The notes below the pieces were generated by a model. That model did no database searches and had not been told where the DNA came from. It saw only the letters and a list, made by a program, of their open reading frames with translations. From the NCBI GenBank assembly GCA_951406725.2, contig OX597827.1, positions 8,060,001 to 8,124,000 of the forward strand: a DNA stretch of 64,000 bases, written 5' to 3'. Source of the DNA: Octopus vulgaris. Taxonomy: Eukaryota. Both the position numbers and the translations under genes were made by a program. How positions within the stretch are numbered: the first letter of the stretch is position 1; the number at the start of each line of letters is the position of its first letter. Shown in pieces: positions 27,284-39,988 of the stretch.

Positions 27284-27903
27284 CATGTATGTACGTATAC
27301 ATAGCTATGAAACGTGCATGTATGTGTAAGCTTGCATTACACAAATAGCAAGTTACAAAAGTTTCCAGCTTATCCATACAACAGAGACAACGATGCTGGT
27401 AGTAACCTAAAAGTCACACATGTTAAGTAACATATGGATAGAAACTGGGATTGGTTATAAAGAATACAGGAATGACAAAGATTAATGCTGCAAGATTAAG
27501 CCTTAGACTGCTTAGACTTATAAAAGACGATACCAAAAGATAGACAAACTCGAAGTTATAAGGATTAAACTCTGGTTTATATTCACATCAACAAATGCTA
27601 AAAAAAAAATGTAATAATGTATTTGACTGTGTTCAAGTCTGTACATGAGTGTATGAGTGTATATATGTATCAATGCTTATGTGTGTGTATCTATATGTCT
27701 ATCATCTGTTTGTTTATCTAACCATATACATACACACAGAGAAACACATATCTATTGTATACACATGTGTATGTGTGTACATATATATATATGTATGTGT
27801 GAGTGTGTATGTGTGTATACACACATATATAATACTATATAATGTATGTATAATATTTATAATATATATACATTTATATCATATGCATGCATATATTTAT
27901 ATG

Positions 27904-28078
<175 letters not shown>

Positions 28079-28299
28079 GTTATATGTGTGTGGTGAGTGT
28101 GTGTGTGTATGCATCCTACATCTGTATGTACGAGCTGAGACAAAGTGTTTTTTTTTCTGTAGAAAACTGTCAATTGTCCATGCATGAAAGTCATCCCTTT
28201 CCTCGTCACCACTGTTGCTCAGTTGTCCAAGAGAAACGCTACCAATTTAGATCTGATACAGCTTGATACCAGTGCCATTGCCGATATTAATGTCAGAAC

Positions 28300-28645
28300 A
28301 CAAAACTTCAGAACAAAAACCACAAAGGATCTCTTCTGACACTCTAATAGTTTTGAATTCCATAGATATCATAAATTCTTTAATAAGAATTCTGTGAAGC
28401 TAAGTTACAGATGTTTGAGTATTAAACCATTATAATGTGGATAGAAACAACACACTGAAATCTCAGAAATAAAGCAAAGTAACTGAGAGTATAGCAGTCC
28501 ATGTAGTCACAAGATATCATGTTCTTAGAGGCATCAAGTATTTGTGATCGTGAAAATGAAAATAAAAAATAAAAAATACATAAAATATATAGTTGATTCC
28601 TTTATTCGATAAACTGCAAAAGACAGGTTTTTCCTACATTTTACA
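28300..28645 (+). mobile_element. Degraded Penelope-like element coding fragment
   Basis: 28361-28414 translates HRYHKFFNKNSVKLSYRC, resembling the HKIFNRNTVKVSYSC-type segment between RT and GIY-YIG in some Penelope-like elements (recognised from memory). Confidence 0.55.
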
Positions 28646-29799
28646 GGTTATAATTCCTAAAATCAGTTCGATGACTGGCATCCGTGCTAGCAGGGTACAA
28701 AGAGCACCATACGAGTGTGATCGTTGACAAAGCGGCTATTCGAGTGTGATTGTTACAAGCGTCGCCTTACTGGCACTTATACCTGTGCTAGTAGGGTGCC
28801 AAGAACACCATCTGAGCATGATCGTTGCCAGAGCAGCCAACTGGCTTCCGTACCCATGGCACGTAAAAGGGCACCATTTGAGCATGGTCATTACCAACAT
28901 CACTTCACTGGCACCTGTGTCGGTGGCACGTGTAAAAAGATTCGAGCGAGGTCATTGCCAGTACCGCCTGACTGGCCCCCGTGCCAGTGGCACATAAAAA
29001 ACACCCACTAGACTCTCGGAGTGGTTGGCGTTAGGAAAGACATCTAGCTGTAGAAACTATGCCAGAGCAAGACTGAAGCCTGGTGCAGCCATCTGGTTCG
29101 CCAGCCCTCAGTCAAAACCGTCCAACCCATGCTAACATGGAAAACGGACGTTAAATGAAATAATGATGATGATGATGCACAAGGGCAACCAAAATCAGCT
29201 TGCCAAGAGCAGCAAATCTTTGGCTGTTCCTGTTATAATATACATACACACTTCTATCCCGAAAGGATAAAAAGCAATGTTGACATCAACAGGACCGATT
29301 CTCAAAGGGCAGAAAATCACTATGAATTCTTCGTGAGATTCAAGCCATTGTTCTAACTCAACTAATTTGTCACTTAACAACAAAACTGTTAAGCCGCTCA
29401 GTTGAAATACTACTATTATAGATTCTTTGCATTCAATTTATAGCTGACCAAAATTTATATCTATGGAACATAGTACACGTGTACTAACTTCTAGCTTTCT
29501 TTTCATGAGATTTGTAAGTTTGCATTTGATCAAATGGCAAATTTTATCCTGCTATACCTTAGGCCCTAAATATGGCTTGCATTGATCAAGGTGCCTGATA
29601 CAGATGTCTAGGTTTAGTAGTTTTAATTGCATAGTTAACTCATTTGCCTTATTTTTTTTCTTTTTTGTTACCAGTGGTAGGACTTGTGTTTTTAGGACAT
29701 TTTTGTGTGTAGTGTTAAAAATTAACTATTTGAGATTCCCTTATAAATATATACATATGTGTATGCATATGTATGTATGTATGTGTTTGTATGTATGTA

Positions 29800-29832
<33 letters not shown>

Positions 29833-29843
29833 GTATATGTATT

Positions 29844-29900
<57 letters not shown>

Positions 29901-30080
29901 TGTAGGATAAAATTTTTTGGGAAAAAATTTTATCAATGGCCAGCATATCAAAAAATACCTTTAAAGGTTAAATTTATAAATAATTTACAAAATAAGGGCA
30001 AAAGAATTTGGCATTAGAATTTTTCTTTTGCCCTTATTTTGTAAATATATATATATATATATATTGTATATATATCTATA

Positions 30081-30128
<48 letters not shown>

Positions 30129-30546
30129 GATATTTATATCGGTATCTAGTTTGACGCTCAATGAAAAATTGACAAAGTGGAATTGAATTGATGTTTCAAG
30201 CTTAAGTTCCTCTTCCTAAACTTAGATACACAGATAAATAGATACATATATATATACATGTATATAGAAGAGAAGTAGTGTGGAAAAAATAAAAAGCCAG
30301 AAATAACATGAAATCTGTTTTCCTGAGACAAGTCTTGTAAATAACAGAATTAGAATATGGGGAAGAGGTTGGGAAGGATGGCGGTTTCCATACATACAAC
30401 GGCAACTGAGAAGCTAACTTCTGTGCAAATTGAGTACACATACACGTATACACATACACACACACATGCCTATACACATATATATTTATATATAAGTGTT
30501 TATATATATATATACATATATATATATACATATATATGTATATATG

Positions 30547-30598
<52 letters not shown>

Positions 30599-30641
30599 CA
30601 AAGTGGAGTTGTAGGGTACTGCACGAGTGGAATTATATACG

Positions 30642-30877
30642 AAAGAAGGTTTGAAAATGCAAATTTAAAAGATGTTTATTTACTTTACCGGTTTCACTCT
30701 TTGGAAAAAGATTGTCAAAAGTAACATGTAGAAGTTTGGTTGCATTAATTATTGGTTGTTCAACCAATAATTAATGCAACTAAACTTCTACATGTTACTT
30801 TTGACAAACTTTTTCCAAAGAGTGAAACCAGTGAAGTAAATAAACATCTTTTAAATTTGCATTTTCAAACCTTCTTT
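30642..30877. repeat. Near-perfect 236-bp palindrome in (TA)n
   Basis: 117-bp arms around a TT loop at 30759-30760, with few mismatches. Confidence 0.95.
30680..30724 (-). ncRNA. Type I hammerhead ribozyme motif, U3-A8 core variant
   Basis: Minus strand TTACTT-TTGACAA-TCTTTTTCCAAAGAGT-GAAACCGGTA-AAGTAA: 6-bp stem I, palindromic stem III, GUA triplet. Mirror copy 30795-30839(+). Confidence 0.65.
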
Positions 30878-30914
30878 ATATATATATATATATTATATAT
30901 AAATTAATAATAAA

Positions 30915-31390
30915 TATTAGGGAATAAATCCAAACTTACAGGGAAAAATCAGATTTAGGATTGAATCCAATTTTATAGTAAAATATTATATTATATTAAA
31001 TTAGAGACAAAACCACTATTAGGCAAATCATACAATTAAAAACTTAATCCAATACATAAGATTATTTAATTTATATTATTTAAATATATAACAAAATTAT
31101 TAAAATATATAATTAATATATCACTACGATCGTTTCATGGCTGTTAATTTCTTTAAATTACAGTCATTCAATATTTATCTTGGCGAGGTTTAAATATTTA
31201 AACCACCTGATGAATGACTGTAACTCGAAAATTTAAAGAAATTAGCAGCCATGAAACAATCGTAGTGATATATTAATTATATTTTTTTAATAATTTTGTT
31301 ATATATTTAAATAATATAAATTATGCGTTGGCTTAAGTTTTTCATTGTATGATTTGCCTAATAGTGGTTTTGTCTCTAATTTAATATAAT
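30915..31390. repeat. Fold-back element; relatives at 23731-23962 and 59770-60060
   Basis: Shared AATTAGAGA.AAAACCACTATTAGGC.AATCA and its reverse complement; TA-flanked. Confidence 0.85.
31202..31266 (+). ncRNA. Type I hammerhead ribozyme motif
   Basis: CTGATGA 31207-31213, stem II ATGACTG/CAGCCAT, GAAAC 31253-31257, then AATC (mirror arm reads GAAACGATC); stem I imperfect. Confidence 0.6.
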
Positions 31391-32077
31391 ATATATATAT
31401 ATATATATATATAAATCTTGTCTGCATTAGGAATATTTACAGGGTCACTCCAATTGCAAAAAATTGCAGTTAAATCTTACTCAATTCACACACAATTAAC
31501 TTAAAATAGAAAGAACATCAGCATGATCCTAGACATAATGTACCTGTAAAAAATAAAAAATTCAGATAGGATGGACACAGCTGTGAGGATTTTCAGATCA
31601 GAGGTCTCCTTGAGCAAAGTTAACCTGTGCCTGAAAAAGAACAACAGGAGTATATATACATAGATGGGTAAGTGTATGTGTGCATGTGTGTTTGTGTGTG
31701 CATGTATGTGTGTATGTGCAAGTGTATGCATGTGTGTGTGTACTTTGCATGGTAACATGTGTAAACATGAGCAATGTGAAATGGAGAATTTAATATTTAC
31801 TATCAAATGTATGTAACTGGCATTTCCTGCCCTTGTTAGCTATATGTTTATATATGTATATACATCCTTAGCTGTATATATATATATACAAAATACACAT
31901 ATCCATAGTCACACACATAGTCACACACATACACAAACATACACACACACATGCAAATAGAGTGCTAGTTAGCTAGCAAGATAGGTAGATATGTATAAAA
32001 GCATGCATCATGTTTGTTAAATGATGATGAGGATGATGATGATGGAGTATATACATATGTGTATGTATATGTGTGTG

Positions 32078-32112
<35 letters not shown>

Positions 32113-32115
<3 letters not shown>

Positions 32116-32320
32116 AGGATAGGGGCTTTCTCCGTCCGGGTTGCGGATCTGTGGAATAAGCTGCCAGACAATATAGTGAAGATGCCGACGACCACTCGGT
32201 TCAAAGTCTCCCTTGACCAGAAATGGCCTGAACTCTTTGCATGAACACCACCCTGTACATAACTCCATGTCCCCCTACATGGCCTTGCTTTTTGCTTTTT
32301 GAGCCAAAAAATTAACTTAA
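32113..32320 (+). mobile_element. CR1-like LINE 3' fragment
   Basis: RRIGAFSVRVADLWNKLPDNIV...FKVSLD, typical CR1 ORF2 C-terminus. Confidence 0.7.
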
Positions 32321-32678
32321 CTTATATTTATATGTATATATATATGAATGTGTGTATGTGTGTGTATGTATGTGTGTATATATATATATATATATACAGT
32401 TGAAATTTATAGAAAAACAAAAGACAACAGGTGTATGAACAACAAACAAATGTATTAGTTTGACGCTTGGGAAAAATGGAAAAGTCTTTTACTTTTCAAG
32501 CGTATGCTCTTCAACAGAAAGGAATAAGAGAAAATAAATAGAGAGAGAAGGAAAAAAAATCGTAGATTTCAGTAGTCCACCATGATGGAGCCCGGTGCAG
32601 CCATCTGGTTTGCCAGTCCTCAGTCAAATCGTCCAACCCATGCTAGCATGGAAAGCGGACGTTAAACGATGATGATGA

Positions 32679-32722
<44 letters not shown>

Positions 32723-32994
32723 AGGTTTGTATGATTGTGTATAGAGGGATATATATTATTCAAAGGAATTTCAACTCTGTCTGTTTTTTTATGTTTTATT
32801 TATATTCTTTATAATATTAATGTAGAATATAGAATATATAGTATAAATAGTATATATAGTAAAATGAAATGAATTATTGATTGTCTTATTGAATAGATGA
32901 AATATTGGATATCAAATATTAAAGGACTAGTATACTTTCTTGCATTTAAGCAGTCTTCAAGGTCCCAGGTTGTGACAGGAATGTTTCAACTGTC

Positions 32995-33102
<108 letters not shown>

Positions 33103-33623
33103 TACGTGCGTACATGCATACATACATACATACATACATACATACATACATACATACATACATACATACATACGTACATATATACGTACATACATACGTA
33201 CATACATACATATATATACACACATACACATATACATACACACATAATTTTTATTCAAATAGTCCAGAAGTGAAATCCCAAAATATCATATAATTGTTGT
33301 TTGTGAATCCAGTGTTTGAGTGGGGGAGAAGCCAGTGTAGCAGGGAAAGGACATTCCAAACCTAAGGGACATTGAAAGCCATAGTCAGGATTCTAATAAT
33401 AAATGTATATTGGCAGTGTTTCTTTTGTGTGTTGGCATTTATTTTGGGGATCATTCTAGCTAGATACGTATGTGTGTGCGTATGTGTGTGTGTGTGTCCG
33501 TCCATGCATATATAATATATACACACATATGTATATATATGTATGTATATATATGTATATATATATACACACATACATACACACACACATATATACGTAT
33601 ATATACACATATATATACACATT

Positions 33624-33855
33624 TGGCGGAGAGCTGGCAGAAACGTTAGCATGCCAGGCGAAATGCGTAGCCATATTTCGTCTGTCGTTACGTTCTGAGT
33701 TCAAATTCCGCCGAGGTCGACTTTGCCTTTCATCCCTTCGGAGTCGATAAATTAAGTACCAGTTACGCACTGGGATCGATGTAATCGACTTAATCCCTTT
33801 CTCTGTCCTTGTTTGTCCTCTCTGTGTTTAGCCCCCTTGTGGGTAGTAAAGAAAT
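33624..33855 (+). mobile_element. SINE family B
   Basis: Match to the 51989 copy. Further plus copies at ~38538-38755, 40067-40270, 40295-40500. Confidence 0.85.
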
Positions 33856-34129
33856 ATATATATACACATACACATAAATATATATTACAAATCTTGCAAC
33901 ACAAATACACACACACATAAATGTGTGTGTGTGGTGTGTGTGTGTGCATGTGAGAGAGAAAGAGAGAGAGAGCATACATATATAAACATGTACATATGTC
34001 ATTATATAGATGGTAGTAGTCTCAACAAAGTAAAAGAGAACTCAATACCTTTGTGAAAGTAAATATGTAAAAACATATTAGTGAAAAATATAGATGTACA
34101 TAAACAATATATTCACTGTGCCTGTTTGT

Positions 34130-34160
<31 letters not shown>

Positions 34161-34569
34161 CATATACAAGCATACACGCATACATGTAGATGTCATAATT
34201 ATGTGAGGTTTGCACATAGTTGAAAATTCTGGAAATATTATTTGTGGAGTAATTAATATATCAAAACAGGAGATTGGAAATATTTTTTGGTATTATTTTT
34301 TCACCATAACACATTTTCTATTTGCTAAAAGGAGGAGTTACAAAATTGTATATTTAGGATAAATAGTTAAGATATCTCCTACTAGAAAGTCTTCAAAAAG
34401 AGAGTCAAATATCATTATTTGATTCTCTGTCTGAAGAATTTCTAATTGGAGATATCTCATGTGTTTAGCCTACAGGTAAAATTTTGTAACACCTTTGGGC
34501 AAATGAAATAAGTGTAGTGTTGAATAAATAATACCAATAAATAATACCAATATATATATATACATATTT

Positions 34570-34601
<32 letters not shown>

Positions 34602-34905
34602 CACGTGATCACATGACCAGCCAGGCCATCAGATGTTGCTACACATTGCTGGTCACAATGTGCTTCGCATTGTTTTAGCCTTCAAATGATGCCACCCCGC
34701 TGGCTAAGCGAGCAGGCCAACAGAAGAAAGTGTGATAGAAAGTTGTGGCGAAAGAATACAGCAGAGATCACCCCCCGCCCCACTGCCAGAGGTTCGTGGA
34801 GCTTTAGATGTTTTCTCTCAATAAACACTCACAACGCCCGGTCTGGGAATCGAAACCGTAATCCTACGACCGCAAGTCCACTGCCCTAACCACTGGGCCA
34901 TTGCA
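34602..34905 (-). mobile_element. tRNA-derived SINE in (TA)n
   Basis: Minus strand TGGCCCAGTGGTTAGGGCAG (A-box-like) ... GGTTTCGATTCCC (B-box-like), followed by a non-tRNA body. Confidence 0.7.
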
Positions 34906-34908
34906 TCT

Positions 34909-35026
<118 letters not shown>

Positions 35027-35102
35027 ATGTATGTATATATATATATATTACATAGGTATGTATATATATATATATATATATACGTATACATATATATATA
35101 GG

Positions 35103-35145
<43 letters not shown>

Positions 35146-36871
35146 TAATTCACAGTCATTAGTATATTTAATGCATACTCATAGTGGATGCAAGAAAAAT
35201 TGATTTAAAATTTTATTTCATTTAACACATCTTTGTCTTTGTCTTTAGAACTTAGTTCAGTGTCTCTCACAGTGAACTGTTTTCAAAATCGGTCATCTGT
35301 TTCATCAGCTTGCATTGCATCTTGTAGAACTAGGGAACTTTGAATAACTCTTCTGTTTTTACTGTCCATTTGTAATAGACAAGCAATAAGCTCTGACATC
35401 TCAGTTGCAATTCATGATATTTTTTCATTGTAAGTTAAATTCTGTCTTGTTACAATACAGTTATTTCTTTTAAATATTTCTTTAACTTACTTCATATTTT
35501 TGTTAACTCTTTTGATACAGATCTACCTGTGGCCACTCATGTTCTTTGATAGAAAAATCTCCATTTCAAAATGTTCATATTTAAACTACAAACCTCCCTT
35601 GATAATTTTATGTCAAATTTTCAAATGTAGTATACCCATAAATGAAATTATTTGTTATTTTCCTAAATCCTAGCAAAATTCTTGATTATTTTCACAATTA
35701 TCTGAAACACAGCTCAATTATTTGAAATTTTATCTCAAAAGGGTAAATTTGATATCGGTATGTTCCCTCTTTTACCTACATCCTACTATCAATCATGAGC
35801 TAGTTAACATATACCAAGCTTTCACTAATTGTATGCAGTGCCTATGTATTCATGAGCAAACATTGAAACCCTCTTGGTTTACACACCCTTGACTCAGAGA
35901 AACATTAGGGGTAAGCAGCTGAGCTGGAAGGAGAAAGGACTGCACTAGCAACCAGCAGGAATGAACTTACTGCTAAGTTGAGTGGAGCAATGTGAAATGA
36001 AGTTCATTACTTAAGGAGACAATGCACATTCTAGTACAGGAATTAAACTCGCCACCTTATGAGTATGAGCCAAGTTCCCTAACAACCAGATCACAAACTA
36101 ACTGGTTAGCATTAGCAGCGAATAAAATTGAATCTACTTATAATTTTTTTGTTGCTGCTGCATCCCAGATTCAGTCTAATTGAGTATGATATGATTTGGG
36201 GGTGAATCAGTAGCTATTTCTAGCAAGTAACATGACCATATAAATGCCCTCTCATTGGCCCATCTGCTTCTGATACAAAAATAGAGTTATCTGTAGATCT
36301 CATGTACTTCTTTGTATACACTGTTTCTTGCTCTACAAGAAAATATTTTCCTTCATCAACGGTGGTGCATGCCCCGACATGGCCGCGGCCTTCGGGCTAA
36401 AACATTTTTAAGGATTTTAAGGATTTAACCCTGTAGACTCTCTATATCCATATTGGATTTTACATGGAAAACTTCAAGGACCATCAGATATAAATCCTTT
36501 TATCCTTTTGGGATCAATAAAAATGTATGGATATATATATATATATATATATATAGTGATTGATAGATTGATAAATATAGATGTATATACTTATATATAC
36601 ACAAGCAGATATGCATATGTGTATGTGTGTGTGTGTGTGTCTGTCTATCTATCTTATTTCTTATTTCTTTATTGCCCACAAGGGGCTAAACATAGAGGGG
36701 ACAATCAAGGACAGACAAAAGGGATTAAATCGATTACATCGACCCCAGTGCATAACTGTTACTTAATTTATTGGCCTCGGCGGAATTTGAACTCAGAATG
36801 TAACGGCAGAAGAAATACCACTAAGCATTTCACCTGGCATGCTAACGTTTCCGCCAGCTCCTATGTATCTA

Positions 36872-36914
<43 letters not shown>

Positions 36915-37417
36915 AAATTTGACATACATAGACAGATAGATATAGATACATACATATATATATATATTTATATATACACACAAGCAAAATATATATGCAT
37001 ACAAATATGCACACACACACACACGCGCACACACATACCCACACATACATATGTATCTTAAAGACATACGCACATACAGAGGGAGATTGGAAAACAGAGA
37101 AAGAGAATGACAGCAGAGATTTGAGATGGTTGATTGCATGAGCTCATAGTTCACGTGTTTCAAGTATTTTGTTGTGTTTATTGTGAGAACACATCATTCT
37201 ACGCTGCTTCATTTCAACTATGTTCTGGAGTCACACTTGGAAATGTGAGCTGAAGTAGGTTGGAATTTCTATTGTAGGGGAGATTCCTGCTCTGTAACTG
37301 ACACAAAACATTTTGGGATATATTCGCACATATACTCTCGCATACTCATCTTTTGTATGTGGTCTTATATGGAAAAACCTGTACTGAATGCATTGTGCTG
37401 AGTGAATATTCTTATAT

Positions 37418-37835
37418 TCTCTTTTACTCTTTTTACTCTTTTACTAGTTTCAGTCATTTGATTGCGGCCATGCTGGAGCACCGCCTTTAGTTGAGCAAAT
37501 TGACCCCGGAACTCATTCTTTGTAAGCCCAGTACTTATTCTATCGGTCTCTTTTGCCGAACCGCTAAGTGATGGGGATGTAAACACACCAGCATCGGTTG
37601 TCAAGCAATGCTAGAGGGACAAACACAGACACACAAACATATACATACACATACATATATATATACATATATACGACAGGCTTCTTTCAGTTTCCGTCTA
37701 CCAAATCCACTCACAAGGCATTGGTCGGCCCGGGGCTATAGCAGAAGACACTTGCCCAAGATGCCACACAGTGGGACTGAACCTAGAACCATGTGGCTGG
37801 TTAGCAAGCTACTTACCACACAGCCACTCCTGCGC
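37418..37835 (-). mobile_element. SINE family A, full length
   Basis: Reverse-complement match from head to tail. Confidence 0.9.
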
Positions 37836-38329
37836 TTATATTCCTGCATCTATATTCTTATATAGATTTACATGATTTAGTCATTGGATTGCGGCCATGC
37901 TGGAGCACTATCTTGAAAAATTTTAGCTGATGAATTCATACTGCAAGTCTAGGCTTTTTTTTTATTATATTGGTCACTTTTTGCCAATTTAGACAATGAT
38001 AGCGATGTAAACAAATTAACATAAACTACCAAGGGTTGAGAGATCAATGCAAATTCAAAGAACCTTAGTTTGCACATGCATACATACACACTCAAACACA
38101 CACACACACACACACTTACACACACACGCATGCACATACACATACACTTATGCATAAGGAGCTTATAAGCAGTTTCTGTTTGCCAAATTCACTCATAAGA
38201 GAGTAGCCTGTCTTGAACTGTAGTAGATGACATATGCTCAAGATGTCTTCTACTCTGATGCACAATGTGACTGTGGACCACATGGATGCAAAGCAAGTAT
38301 TTTAACTACACAGTTATTTTTATTAATTT

Positions 38330-38935
38330 TATTTATTTTTACTAATTTTGCTTTATATTTTTACTAATTTTACTATATATTCTTAATATATTTTTTACTA
38401 AATTTACAATATATTTTTTACTAAATTTACAATATATTTTTACCAATTTTACTATATACTTTTACTAATTTTATCATATACTTTTACTAATTTTATCATA
38501 TACTTTTACTAATTTCACTATATATTTTAATATATAAAGTGGTAAGCTGGCAGAAACGTTAATACGCCAGGGGAAATGCTTAGCGGTATTTCGTCTGTCT
38601 TTACGTTCTGAGTTCAAATTCCACCAAGGTCGACTTTGCCTTTCACCCTTTCAGGGTCGATAAATACCAGTACCAGTACCAGTTACATACTGGGGTCAAT
38701 CTAACCAACTGGCCCACTCCCGAAAAATTTCAGGTCTTGTGCTTAGAGTAGAAAATTATATATTTTACTATATATGTTGCTATATATTTTTACTAATTTT
38801 GCTAAATATTCTTAATATATATTACTAAATTTACAATATATTATTACTAATTTTGCAACGTATTTTACTATATATATGTTACTAAATATTTTTACTAATT
38901 TTACTATTTCACTAATTTTACTATTTATTTATTAC
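38330..38935. repeat. AT-rich ~22-bp minisatellite interrupted by SINE-B
   Basis: Repeated TTTTACTAATTTTACTATATA-like units on both sides of 38538-38755. Confidence 0.8.
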
Positions 38936-39504
38936 TAGGTGAAATTGGGGTCGATTCGCTCGACTAAAGGCGGTGCTCCAGCATGGCCACAGTCAAATGA
39001 CTGAAACAAATAAAAGAGCAAAAGAGAGTGTACATATATATATATACTATATGAGCAATAGTGGAATTTGATGCAGTCTTCTGTCTTGCCAGCTCTTTTT
39101 GAACTATCCAACTCATGCCAACTGACATTAAATGATGATGATGATGATGATGATGATGGATGAGACTTATTTCTAGTCACATAATACTTTCTGCTATAGG
39201 CACAAGGCCTGAAATTTTGGGGGAGATGGGAGCCAGCCAATGAGATCGACTCCAAGAATGCAGCTGGTACTTAATTTATCAACCCTGAAAGGATGAAGGG
39301 TAAAGTTGACACCAGTGGAATTCAAACTCAGAATGTAAAGACAGATAAAATACTGATAAGTATTTTGCCCGGTGTACTAATGATTCCGACAACTTGTTGC
39401 CTTGTTTTCTAGTCATATGATGAAATCAAAAATGAGTTGAAAACTGCTTTGCATGCTGACATTAATTGTTATTCACTATAACCAAGACTAATGTTTTAAT
39501 TAGT

Positions 39505-39988
39505 ATATGAACATCTCGCTGTGCTTGAGGAGACCTGTTGAGTCAAGTGCATGTATATGAACATCGAAACAAATATCAATGGAAATAGTAGTTGTGATAC
39601 CTGTGCCGGTGGCACATACAAAGCACCATCCGAATGTGGCTGATGCCAGCGCTGCCTCAACTGGCTTCTGTGCTAGTGGCACATAAAAAGCACCATCCGA
39701 ACGTGGCCGATGCCAGCGCCGCCTTGGCTGGCTTCCATGCCGGTGACACATTAAAAGCGCCAACCGATTGTGGCTGATGCCAGACTCCCCTGGCACCTGT
39801 CAGACTCCCCTGGCACGTAAAAAGCACACACTACACTCGCGGAGTGGTTGGTGTTAGGAAGGGCATCCAGCTGTAGAAACACTGCCAGATCAGACTGGAG
39901 CCTGATGCAGCCTTCTGGCTTCACAGACCCCAGTTGAACCGTCCAACCCATGCTAGCATGGAAAGCGGACGCTAAATGATGATGATGA
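39505..39988 (+). mobile_element. 3' end of the RTE-like LINE (or derived SINE)
   Basis: Matches the LINE 3'UTR, ending CCATGCTAGCATGGAAAGCGGACG..(GAT)n. Similar pieces at ~4450-4585(-), 28665-29178(+), 32585-32682(+), 42228-42515(-). Confidence 0.8.

Noticed and set aside
34830-34905. tRNA gene
   Set aside because: tRNA-like head continues into a SINE body; no convincing acceptor stem.
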